Shown: in pieces, positions 35,857 to 44,159 of the stretch
Layout of the letters: each line of letters opens with the position of its first letter
Position numbering within the stretch: position 1 is the first letter of the stretch
DNA from: a virus
Length of the DNA stretch: 64,000 nucleotides
Direction: 5' to 3' (one strand)
Virus record (IMG/VR): IMGVR_UViG_3300035698_012408
The notes under the pieces: model-generated
The model's input: only the letters and a program-made list of their open reading frames with translations
Databases searched by the model: none
Told to the model about the DNA's origin: nothing
Position numbers and translations under genes: made by a program

Positions 35857-35880
35857 AACCGGGCCGTTTCCGACCCGGTT
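35857..35880 (-). terminator. hairpin between the two Ala/Gln-rich paralogues (attenuator candidate)
   Basis: Minus strand reads AACCGGG-TCGGAAACGG-CCCGGTT, a 7-bp stem. A T7 run follows 11 nt downstream. Confidence 0.3.
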
Positions 35881-35925
35881 ACCACCTCTTTGTACCTTCA
35901 CTACGCTTTCACGCAGCACAAGCAC

Positions 35926-36216
35926 TTAGCCAGTGATCGCACCAGCGCGAGGGGTGCTCGACGCGGTGTTCAAGCCGGCAAAGTGGCTCGGGTCCTGGCT
36001 CGATCGGACGTTGGCCGCAGCAGCAGCCTCCATCGGGTCAAGCGCGGTTTGCTGATTCAGAGCCGCAGCATTGATCTGCTGGACGCCGAGAGTAAGGACA
36101 GCCGCCGCGTTGGCAACCAGATTACGATCCAGCACTCCATTGAGCTGCTGGGCGTTCTGGGCCGACACGAGCGTCAGCTGCGAGAGCTGGTCCGCAATAG
36201 CGGAATCGAGTGCCAT
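35926..36216 (-). CDS. Ala/Gln-rich ~96-aa protein, paralogue A (weak RebB/R-body-like resemblance)
   Basis: ATG at 36216 has an AGGAGGTG SD. The track start is 36270. Sequence MALDSAIADQLSQLTLVSAQNAQQLNGVLDRNLVANAAAVLTLGVQQI. Confidence 0.5.
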   Translation of the reverse strand: MALDSAIADQLSQLTLVSAQNAQQLNGVLDRNLVANAAAVLTLGVQQINAAALNQQTALDPMEAAAAANVRSSQDPSHFAGLNTASSTPRAGAITG

Positions 36217-36319
36217 TTCGCACCTCCTGTGGTAAACGACGAGGAACCGGGTACTCCCCAGAAGCCTCAACTATTTGCGACTAGATTGTCGTACCTGACA
36301 ATCTTCAAAGCCGCCCGGC

Positions 36320-38008
36320 TTATTCACCTCGCGACAACGCTTGGAGCTTTTTAGACACCGAGTCACTGCCTTTGATGATTACCGGAGGTTCATCCGGCAA
36401 CGCCGGATACACGACAAGCTGCGGTAGCTCCTTGAACTGGAGACCACGACTTGCTACGTCAAACAGTATGATAGCAGGAAACTTCTTCTGCGCCTCCTCA
36501 AATTCCGCTTTTAATCGCGGCCATGAGTCGAGCGACGAATTGGCTATCAATACAATATGATCTACGCCAGTGCCTTGCTGCAAGGCCCATAACACCGAAA
36601 CGTCAACGTAACTCGGTGAAATAAACTTTGGAGATCGGACCTGGATACTGATTTCTCTGTCGGCTGTGGCTATCTCGTCCACCTGTGTTCGTAAAGTGTC
36701 GAGAGCACTGAGCATGCCAGCCTGCCCTTGCTGAAGCACGGGAGCCATGCCCGCCAATGTCTCTTGACCTACGCCTAACCGGTCCTGGCCTGTGCTTAAC
36801 TGACCCTGCCCAGCGGACAGCCCTGTGAGCGATGCTGTGTGTTCGGCCTGCGTGGCCTGCACTGCGTTCATCGCCGTCTTCAGTTCGCCGATCGCCTCCA
36901 GCACTTCGTCGTGGCTGGTGTCCGGTAACGGAAGATCAACTGAGGCGGGTGGCGGCGGTCCGACGATCAGATCAGGCTGCGGCCGTGCCGGTGTTCTCGC
37001 TCGCACAGATACCCTGCTGCCCGCTGGTACGGAGATGCTGCTACCGTATTGCGGCTGACACTGCACCTGCGTCGGTGGACACTGTGGTTGACATTGCGAC
37101 TGTCCTTGCGACTGGCCACCGCGTTGGAAAAGACCACCGCCGAAGAGACCACCACCGCTGCGACTGCTACTGCAACCCCAACTGAACGTCTCGGGCAATT
37201 GGCTGTCGAGCAACGATTGGAGCGTGCCGGCGTAGGTTCCGTAGACGTTAGTCCCGCCACCTCCCCACAACACGCCAGCCAAACGATTATCGGTAGTCAG
37301 AATACCGCCCCCGCTGTCGCCCTTGTAAATGGGAATGCGAGTGAGGTAGACCTGATTCTTCCCGGTACTCTTATACCGCGTGGTGGTCCGGGAAGCCGGA
37401 ACTACCTTTTTGGTTGCACCGTCCCAACCGACAGATACGTAACCTTTGACGGGGCCTGACCGCGCACGGAACACACCGTCGGGTCCGAAGCCGGTGACAA
37501 CGCAGGACGCTCCAGCAGCCGGATGAACGGCCAACGGAGCGACCCTTTGTGCGTCGTCGACATACACAGCCCACACGCTTACATCATTGTCCCAATCCAC
37601 CAACAAGAGCTGTGCAGCCCGAGAAGTGGTATTGGCACCGATCGCGATGACGTTCGATCGCAACCTGCGACAGACTTCAGTCGACCAACCGGTTGGAAAG
37701 ATATGTGCTACCGTGGCTACCAGCCCGACGGTCTTCCCGCTAGCCAGCTTGTGTTTATTGAACACCGTGCCAGAGCCATACTCGTAATGACAAGTACCGT
37801 CAGTCAACGTGGTATGCACGCGGAGACGGCACGTTACAGCCCGTCGGAGCTCGAAGGTGCTGCCTTGTGATACCGACATGACCCGGAGTTCGGCAGGTGG
37901 CGTTACGCCAACCTTGGCCAGGGGTACGTCAATAGCAATAGCTTGGGTCGCTGTGAAACACGTGACGAACACAAGCACCATCGTGGTAAGAATAACTCGC
38001 ATCTTCAT
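36320..38008 (-). CDS. secreted trypsin-like (S1) serine protease with a Gln/Gly linker, a coiled coil and a C-terminal domain
   Basis: Signal peptide MKMRVILTTMVLVFVTCFTATQAIA. Candidate catalytic triad: VATVAHIF (His), DNDVSVWAV (Asp), KGDSGGGIL (Ser). Confidence 0.75.
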   Translation of the reverse strand: MKMRVILTTMVLVFVTCFTATQAIAIDVPLAKVGVTPPAELRVMSVSQGSTFELRRAVTCRLRVHTTLTDGTCHYEYGSGTVFNKHKLASGKTVGLVATVAHIFPTGWSTEVCRRLRSNVIAIGANTTSRAAQLLLVDWDNDVSVWAVYVDDAQRVAPLAVHPAAGASCVVTGFGPDGVFRARSGPVKGYVSVGWDGATKKVVPASRTTTRYKSTGKNQVYLTRIPIYKGDSGGGILTTDNRLAGVLWGGGGTNVYGTYAGTLQSLLDSQLPETFSWGCSSSRSGGGLFGGGLFQRGGQSQGQSQCQPQCPPTQVQCQPQYGSSISVPAGSRVSVRARTPARPQPDLIVGPPPPASVDLPLPDTSHDEVLEAIGELKTAMNAVQATQAEHTASLTGLSAGQGQLSTGQDRLGVGQETLAGMAPVLQQGQAGMLSALDTLRTQVDEIATADREISIQVRSPKFISPSYVDVSVLWALQQGTGVDHIVLIANSSLDSWPRLKAEFEEAQKKFPAIILFDVASRGLQFKELPQLVVYPALPDEPPVIIKGSDSVSKKLQALSRGE

Positions 38009-38208
38009 GATTCGGCCTCCCGGCGTTGGCGCCGTGTGCTAACCTCCACCGCTCCGGGCCTGCTGCATAGTCCCACGCACTTGAAGAGCTGCGTTTTGGG
38101 CCTCGCCAGCCTGCCGAAGTGCAGTGAGCACAGGTGCAGGGTAATGAATCTGGTGCGGATGAGGTATCCGCCCAGGAGTTGCTGTAGATAGGCACGGACA
38201 ATCGACAT
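38005..38208 (-). CDS. possible small ORF coupled (ATGA) to the protease gene; very uncertain
   Basis: 67 aa. My hand count gives 85% GC over 38101-38160 at the positions that are codon position 3 of this frame. The plus-strand ORF 37943-38191 shares those third positions, so the count does not separate the two. No SD. It competes with the overlapping ORF 38039-38278 (MAACPQCGGFGRV...). Confidence 0.2.
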   Translation of the reverse strand: MSIVRAYLQQLLGGYLIRTRFITLHLCSLHFGRLARPKTQLFKCVGLCSRPGAVEVSTRRQRREAES

Positions 38209-38352
38209 AAGCTAGACAACCGCTAGGCTGTTTAGCCGGAACACGTCCGAATCCGCCGCATTGTGGGCAAGCTGCCATTTTACTGCTTTTCTGCTATTAA
38301 ACTGAATCGGTCTTCAGAATTACTATTATCATGACATTTCTGCCAAGTAATG

Positions 38353-39054
38353 TCAAGCCTCAACCTCAGGACAGCCGAATGCGTGCTCGTTACACGCCAC
38401 CAACGCGTCTATATTCGCGTTCGCCCGATACTTCTCCCGACACCAGTCGGTGGCGATGGTGAACTCATAATTGTAGAACAGCGACTCGGTTAGGTTCATC
38501 GGGGTGACCTGATAGTGCGGCCGTCTCGCGACCGGGTCCACCTCGCCGCCCAGATGCGTAGCCATGCTGACCGCGTGGGAGCAGAAGGGCTGACGGATGG
38601 ACTCGCCGTTCTGTGGCAGCCGATCATCTGTCGTGGGCGGGTAAAGCCGCCACAGCAGCGGCACACGCCGCACAAGCATGCGAAATAGGCCTAACCATCC
38701 GTAGTCACAGATGGTTAGGTCACGCATGGCGGCAACTGCGCCGGCAGGGTCGAATTCAGGCCACCTATTGTCCGCGTTCGGACTAAACACGTCAATCCGC
38801 CCAGGCTTCCGCATGTGGTAGGCAAACGGCTTCGTGCGACCACCGACACCCTCACGCAGCTCCAACATATCAACGTGATCATTCTCATCACGTCGAAACA
38901 TTGCCGAGTGTGAGTGGACTCCCTGCGTGCCCAACCGGATCAGCTGCGAGATGTAGGAATCACCCCGCAACTGGCAGATCCAAGCATTCTGGATCATCTC
39001 CTTGGCATATTCAGGGGACACCCACAACGGACTGCTGGTATCGAATTCCCGCAT
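38353..39054 (-). CDS. putative permuted papain-fold (NlpC/P60- or YiiX-like) hydrolase
   Basis: 233 aa. A His-bearing segment GVHSHSAMF precedes a Cys-bearing segment QPFCSHAVSMA, the order seen in permuted NlpC/P60 enzymes. AAGGAAA SD. Weak call. Confidence 0.35.
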   Translation of the reverse strand: MREFDTSSPLWVSPEYAKEMIQNAWICQLRGDSYISQLIRLGTQGVHSHSAMFRRDENDHVDMLELREGVGGRTKPFAYHMRKPGRIDVFSPNADNRWPEFDPAGAVAAMRDLTICDYGWLGLFRMLVRRVPLLWRLYPPTTDDRLPQNGESIRQPFCSHAVSMATHLGGEVDPVARRPHYQVTPMNLTESLFYNYEFTIATDWCREKYRANANIDALVACNEHAFGCPEVEA

Positions 39055-39065
39055 GACGGTTTCCT

Positions 39066-40064
39066 TTATTCTCCCACGTCGTCGCCATGAGGGACATCCT
39101 CATGGGTTTCGACGGCGGGTTCTTCCTTGGTGACTGGCGGATGCTCAATCACTTCTTCAATTCCAGCCGTGGTCAGCCCGACCTCGCCCTCCTCTGCTTC
39201 CTCCGCGTCGGCGGCATATTGCTTGGCCGGCGATTCGGTCATCTCTGGCAGCTTAACCACGATCGGTTCCGGCGTGGGTAGGACTGCCTGCGGCGGCTCC
39301 GGGGCTTCCCCGGTCTCGATCCACTCCTGGAGCTTCTTGAGGGCCGCTCCATAGAGCAACTCTTCCTGCGGCGCCAGTTGCAGCTCGATGCGTCGCAACG
39401 ACTTATTGTCATCGGCTGGGTTATTCTTCCACTCCTCACCGGGGGCGACACGCTCACGTTCGGGCTCGTCGTCATCTCGATTGAGATCCTGCACGATGAC
39501 GTACTGCTTGAGATTGATGAACTGTGTCATCACCCACTGCGACAATTGCACCTCGCGAGGCACAGGTCGGAGCTGCGACGGCTGCATGTGATTGCCCACC
39601 GCCGAGGCGTCACCGTGAGCCATGTTCCTGATGGCCTCCACGATGTGTGGCGGCATCTGGCCGCCGGTCATTCCGATCGGTTGTCCGTCCGGGCCGAGCT
39701 GGTACATCTGGAACGCACCTTCCGGCGGTCCATCCGGCCCTGTCGGCATCGACGGCATCGACGGCTGAAACGCGGGTGGCTCCGGGACCGCTTCCAGCTG
39801 CCCGCTACCTGCCCGCTTAATCAATTGAACACTCAGCTGCGGCTGCAAATGATCAACCTCCAGCATAAGCGGCTTGTCCAGCGCTTCCCCCATATCGATC
39901 ACGACACGTTGATAACCCTCTTCGGTCGGCTCTTCGTGAATTTCCAGAACTTCCCCGCCCGTCCGGGACGTGCCCTGGAGTTGGGAGAAAATGTCGGGAT
40001 GCTGCCGTGAAATTGCCATGAGTGTTGCACCGGTCAGTGCAACGGTATCACCTACTCGAAACAT
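39066..40064 (-). CDS. hypothetical acidic protein
   Basis: 332-aa ORF with an AGGAGAG SD. No recognisable domain. Confidence 0.5.
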   Translation of the reverse strand: MFRVGDTVALTGATLMAISRQHPDIFSQLQGTSRTGGEVLEIHEEPTEEGYQRVVIDMGEALDKPLMLEVDHLQPQLSVQLIKRAGSGQLEAVPEPPAFQPSMPSMPTGPDGPPEGAFQMYQLGPDGQPIGMTGGQMPPHIVEAIRNMAHGDASAVGNHMQPSQLRPVPREVQLSQWVMTQFINLKQYVIVQDLNRDDDEPERERVAPGEEWKNNPADDNKSLRRIELQLAPQEELLYGAALKKLQEWIETGEAPEPPQAVLPTPEPIVVKLPEMTESPAKQYAADAEEAEEGEVGLTTAGIEEVIEHPPVTKEEPAVETHEDVPHGDDVGE

Positions 40065-40073
40065 GCTGCTCTC

Positions 40074-41924
40074 CTATCGAAGCCCTAAGACAGATCCTGC
40101 TACGCCTCGCATGAATCCACCCCAGATGCCAAGGTCTTGAAGTTTCGTCTGGCCGGCTGGCGTAAGCCCGCCCAATGCCCCAAGCACTCCACCAGCTATC
40201 CGCGCGGTGGCGAGATCCAGGCCGGCGTTAGCCAGCCCGGAGATAAAGTGCGTGGGTCGTAATATTGGAGCTCCACCATACATCTGCTGGACTCCAGTAA
40301 CAAGCCCTGACGCCGCAGCCGCAATGTACGGCGGCGTGTTGGGCGTCCCCATGCCGTACGGGTTCGCAGTTGAACTCTGCCGCCCGTTATGCACATCATT
40401 CCAAATCGCTCGATTGAACGAGTCTACCGGTACCTGTTTCAACGACACCCCTGCCGACCCACCATAGCCGGAGTAGGCCACCTTGCAAAATCCTTCAGCT
40501 GCTCGCATGAACAGCTCAGACGGCTGAGGCAACGCTGCCTTCGTCGCCTGCCAATCGCTCCCTTTGTAGAAATTATCCCGAAGCGTCAACTCATTCGGCG
40601 ACATCGGGACTTTCGCGTGTGGCGTCATCATCGTACCCATGAAACCCATCGGCTTCCCAGCCTCTCGGGCCATCCCAGCGTTTGCAAACGCTGGCGGGAC
40701 GCTGGACAACGCACCCATCCCTCCACCTAACATGGCCAACGTCCGACGAAGTCTGTTACGCCGAACGTACTTCTCGGGCAGCAGGTGCTCCAGCAGCGTT
40801 CCGCCGAGGTACCCTCCGCCCGCCCCGAGCAAGCCACCGACTATCGAATTGGTCAATGGCGAAGGCCCGCCTGTGGCGGCCCCAGCCCACTCATACGGCT
40901 TGTTCAAGATGCTCAATGCACCAGCCGCCGATTTGATCAACACCCAGTCATCCTGCCCGTGTGGGCCGTACTCCGACTCGGTTCTGACGCTATCCACGCC
41001 ACTGATGGCCTTCAACGCGTTAGCCCACTTCTGATGGACGTTGTCGCTGTCGCCATCCGACAAGATAGCCCAGAGCTGCTTTGTCTCGGGATTCCACCAC
41101 ACGTCACCATAACCGGGGTCAGATGATGCGGGCAGATACCTGATGACCTTCTTGACCGTCTTCTGGACCGTGGCCGCCTCTTTGTAGCGAGTAGCCACGA
41201 GCGCCGGGACAGCCATCCAGGCCTCCAGTTCTCCCTGCTTTTCGATACGTTGGATGGTCTCGTCTTGCACTTTCGACCATGCCTTCCTGGCGTCTACGCC
41301 GCGATCGTCAATGTAAATATCGGCAATCAGCTTATCGCTGGTGCCATCCGGCTGATCCGGGTTCTCGTTCACATAGTCCCACGGAATGTCGTGTTCGTCA
41401 AGATAGGTCTTCGTGAGTTCGTCATCTCCCCGCACCGTGTTAATGATAACACGCCAGCCGCGACCTTTGAACTCATCCAGAGCTTTTTTAGCCCCTGGAC
41501 GTGGCTTAGGGATGTCTTCGGGATCAAACTTATCATACATCTCTGCAATGGTCCCGTCCAGATCTACTGCCACGGTCGGGACCTTTTCACCGGCTTCTGC
41601 CTGCTTTATTGTATCATCCAGGCCAGCACTTCCATCCCATAGGCCGCGGAAGGCCGCCTGCCCAGCAATCCGCTGCGGAAGTCCTCCATCTGTAGATCGT
41701 AGGCCCGCCAGTGCTTTGCTACTGCTCTGCGTTGTTGCTGTGCGACCCACAACGCTCGACGCCTTTCTGCGCCCCGCGTTGCCTGCCGTTCTCGCTTCTG
41801 CCGTTTTTGCTGGCGTCGCGAGCAGCGTTCCGATTTGCCTTTGGACTTTCCCCGTTTGGTGACCCGTTCCTTTGGCTCGTCGCATCTCATGCGTCGTCTG
41901 TCTCCTATGTGTTGTGGCCATCAT
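40074..41924 (-). CDS. HAD-superfamily phosphatase domain fused to a long glycine-zipper C-terminal region
   Basis: HAD motif I VAVDLDGTIAE, motif II VIINTVRG, motif III-like KLIADIYIDDRG. The C-terminus has IVGGLLGAGGGYLGG and IAGGVLGALGG. ATG at 41924 has a GGGAG SD. Confidence 0.6.
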   Translation of the reverse strand: MMATTHRRQTTHEMRRAKGTGHQTGKVQRQIGTLLATPAKTAEARTAGNAGRRKASSVVGRTATTQSSSKALAGLRSTDGGLPQRIAGQAAFRGLWDGSAGLDDTIKQAEAGEKVPTVAVDLDGTIAEMYDKFDPEDIPKPRPGAKKALDEFKGRGWRVIINTVRGDDELTKTYLDEHDIPWDYVNENPDQPDGTSDKLIADIYIDDRGVDARKAWSKVQDETIQRIEKQGELEAWMAVPALVATRYKEAATVQKTVKKVIRYLPASSDPGYGDVWWNPETKQLWAILSDGDSDNVHQKWANALKAISGVDSVRTESEYGPHGQDDWVLIKSAAGALSILNKPYEWAGAATGGPSPLTNSIVGGLLGAGGGYLGGTLLEHLLPEKYVRRNRLRRTLAMLGGGMGALSSVPPAFANAGMAREAGKPMGFMGTMMTPHAKVPMSPNELTLRDNFYKGSDWQATKAALPQPSELFMRAAEGFCKVAYSGYGGSAGVSLKQVPVDSFNRAIWNDVHNGRQSSTANPYGMGTPNTPPYIAAAASGLVTGVQQMYGGAPILRPTHFISGLANAGLDLATARIAGGVLGALGGLTPAGQTKLQDLGIWGGFMRGVAGSVLGLR

Positions 41925-41943
41925 AAATCTCCCGTCCCTGGAG

Positions 41944-42672
41944 TTATTCGTCGAAATAGCACTCAAGGTCGGTGCCGGTAAACTCTTGCTTCAGTTCCGT
42001 GTAATTCTCAATCTGCGATGATAAGGATCTAATCCCTACCTTCACTGTATTGGTTGTAGGCGCCGGGCACAATGCCGGATCTACATCAAGATGCTCGTAG
42101 ATGCGACGCATATACCGCAGCGGGGCTGCACACAGCGACTCGTACGTCAAAACGAAAGAATCCGTATAAGCTAGGCCCGTGGTGGACTGGAGCTGACGAA
42201 TGGCGTCAATATCCTGACGCAACGCAGCAGAGTCCACAACCAGCCGCTGATTCCGAATACGCTCAGCTTTACGCCGCCACCCCGCCTGATGCCGTCGAAT
42301 CTGCCATTTCCTGTGATGATCACCCAATTGATGAGACACGAACCGCCGCAGCAGGTTCCACCGCTGAAGCACGATAACCTTCGTGTCTTGAGGTAACAGC
42401 TTAAACAGATCATTGTACTCACGTGGGTTAGTCCAATGAGGCTGCACCCCTTGCCAGCCGTGAAACATGTGCGCGACCGCCCCGGAGCCCTGTGTCGCCA
42501 ACGTCCGCTGAATGCGGGCACTCGTACTCATTCGCGGTCGACCCGCTTTCGCTCCAGGATTAAACACCTCGCCATCACACGCCAAGTCGGGATGAGAGTT
42601 GATCAAGCCGCGGAGCATGTGCGTGCCGCACCGTGGAAAGGTCAAGACTAAAAATCCCTTTGGTTTTGCCAT
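41944..42672 (-). CDS. sulfotransferase (NodH/Stf0-like), paralogue 1
   Basis: GFLVLTFPRCGTHMLRGLINSHP (PAPS P-loop), LQRWNLLRRFVSHQL, YESLC...RRIYEHLDVDP, ends TDLECYFDE. Confidence 0.75.
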   Translation of the reverse strand: MAKPKGFLVLTFPRCGTHMLRGLINSHPDLACDGEVFNPGAKAGRPRMSTSARIQRTLATQGSGAVAHMFHGWQGVQPHWTNPREYNDLFKLLPQDTKVIVLQRWNLLRRFVSHQLGDHHRKWQIRRHQAGWRRKAERIRNQRLVVDSAALRQDIDAIRQLQSTTGLAYTDSFVLTYESLCAAPLRYMRRIYEHLDVDPALCPAPTTNTVKVGIRSLSSQIENYTELKQEFTGTDLECYFDE

Positions 42673-42688
42673 CTATTCAGTTCTCCGA

Positions 42689-43417
42689 CTATTCATTGAA
42701 ATAACACGCGATGTCAGTGTCTGCAAAACGCCTTTTCAATGACTCGTAATTGATTATCATGTCACGTAACGACCTACCCATATGCAGCGGTAGCGTCTCG
42801 GCTTCAATATTCTCGCAAGCATCCGGGTCCGCCCCGAGGTGCTCGTAAATGCGACGCATGTGAAACTCGGTGTGTAGACACAGCTGCTCATACGACACCC
42901 TGTAAGTATTTAGAAACTGGCAACCCCGCGTGGCTAGTATCACCCGAGCGGTGTGTATATCGCCTCGCAACCGCGCGGGGTCTAGCATCACACGTGCATC
43001 TCTTGCTTGCGTTACTAGAACCTGTGCATCACGCTTACTTCGCGTGACGTTCCATACGCTCTTCCTCGCCAACCGCCCCGACGCATACCGTCGCAATAGA
43101 TTCCACCGCTGAATGCACACGACTTTCGTGTCCAATGGTACTTGCTTGAACAAGTCGGCAAACCTAGTTCGTCGCCCTTTCGGCCAGCCGGTACAAGCAT
43201 GAGCTATCATACCAGTAAGCGGCCCCTGCCAATATTCATTTAGGCGAGCCTGCACGCCCCCTGATTCCTTGAACCTGCTAGGATCAAATACCTCATCATG
43301 ACACGTAATGGCTGGGTGTGCATTGAGCAGCGACCGTAAAAAATGACTGCCACTTCTCGGATACGAGAGTAACAGAAATCCTTGCTTACCTTCAGGGAAC
43401 ACCAAACGATCACTCAT
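42689..43417 (-). CDS. sulfotransferase (NodH/Stf0-like), paralogue 2
   Basis: MSDRLVFPEGKQGFLLLSYPRSGSHFLRSLLNAHP, IQRWNLLRRYASGRL, ends TDIACYFNE. ATG at 43417 overlaps the upstream stop as ATGAGTGA. Confidence 0.75.
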   Translation of the reverse strand: MSDRLVFPEGKQGFLLLSYPRSGSHFLRSLLNAHPAITCHDEVFDPSRFKESGGVQARLNEYWQGPLTGMIAHACTGWPKGRRTRFADLFKQVPLDTKVVCIQRWNLLRRYASGRLARKSVWNVTRSKRDAQVLVTQARDARVMLDPARLRGDIHTARVILATRGCQFLNTYRVSYEQLCLHTEFHMRRIYEHLGADPDACENIEAETLPLHMGRSLRDMIINYESLKRRFADTDIACYFNE

Positions 43418-44159
43418 CAAAATAACACGCAAGGTCAGTGCCCGCAAAATGCTTCTTCACCTTTCCATAATTGGTCACTATCTCCCGGATCGGCCGATCC
43501 GCGTTAAGCACCATCGTCTTGGCCTTCACGTGCTTGCACGCATCCGGGTCAGCCCCGAGGTGCTCGTAAATCCGCCGAATATGTTCTTCAGTATTAGCTC
43601 GCAGCTGCTCGTACGTTACCAGATGAGTATTCACGAATTGCAGCCCGAGCGTGGCCAATATTGCTCTGGTGACATCTACATCCAGTCGCAACTTCACCAC
43701 GTCCACACGGATTGTCTGGGTTCTCGCAGCCTCCGCACGGGCTTCAGCGTTGTCCGAACCAGTCATCACCGTCCACTCGTTACTCGCCTGCGCCAGTAAA
43801 TGCGATACGTGCCGTCGAAACAGGTTCCACCGCTGGATGCACACGATCTTCGTGTCCAGCGGCAGCGTCGGGAATAATCCGGCGAAACCACTCTTTGCCC
43901 GCCACACGCAGTCACGCTCCCCACGCCAACCAATATACGCGTGGGCAATCATGCCCGTGAGCGGCCCTTTCCAATACTGGATCAGTCGCTGCTCTACATG
44001 CCCCGGTTCCGGGTAAAGTTCACGGTTAAATATCTCGCCGTGACACTTGATGTCCGGGTGCTCGTTGAGAAGCGATCGCAGGAAATGACTACCACTTCTC
44101 GGATACGAAAGTAGCAGAAATCCTTGCTTGTCTTTGGGAAATGCTAACCGATTACTCAT
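43410..44159 (-). CDS. sulfotransferase (NodH/Stf0-like), paralogue 3
   Basis: MSNRLAFPKDKQGFLLLSYPRSGSHFLRSLLNEHP, IQRWNLFRRHVSHLL, ends TDLACYFDE. The start overlaps the upstream stop as ATGAGTAA. Confidence 0.75.
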   Translation of the reverse strand: MSNRLAFPKDKQGFLLLSYPRSGSHFLRSLLNEHPDIKCHGEIFNRELYPEPGHVEQRLIQYWKGPLTGMIAHAYIGWRGERDCVWRAKSGFAGLFPTLPLDTKIVCIQRWNLFRRHVSHLLAQASNEWTVMTGSDNAEARAEAARTQTIRVDVVKLRLDVDVTRAILATLGLQFVNTHLVTYEQLRANTEEHIRRIYEHLGADPDACKHVKAKTMVLNADRPIREIVTNYGKVKKHFAGTDLACYFDE

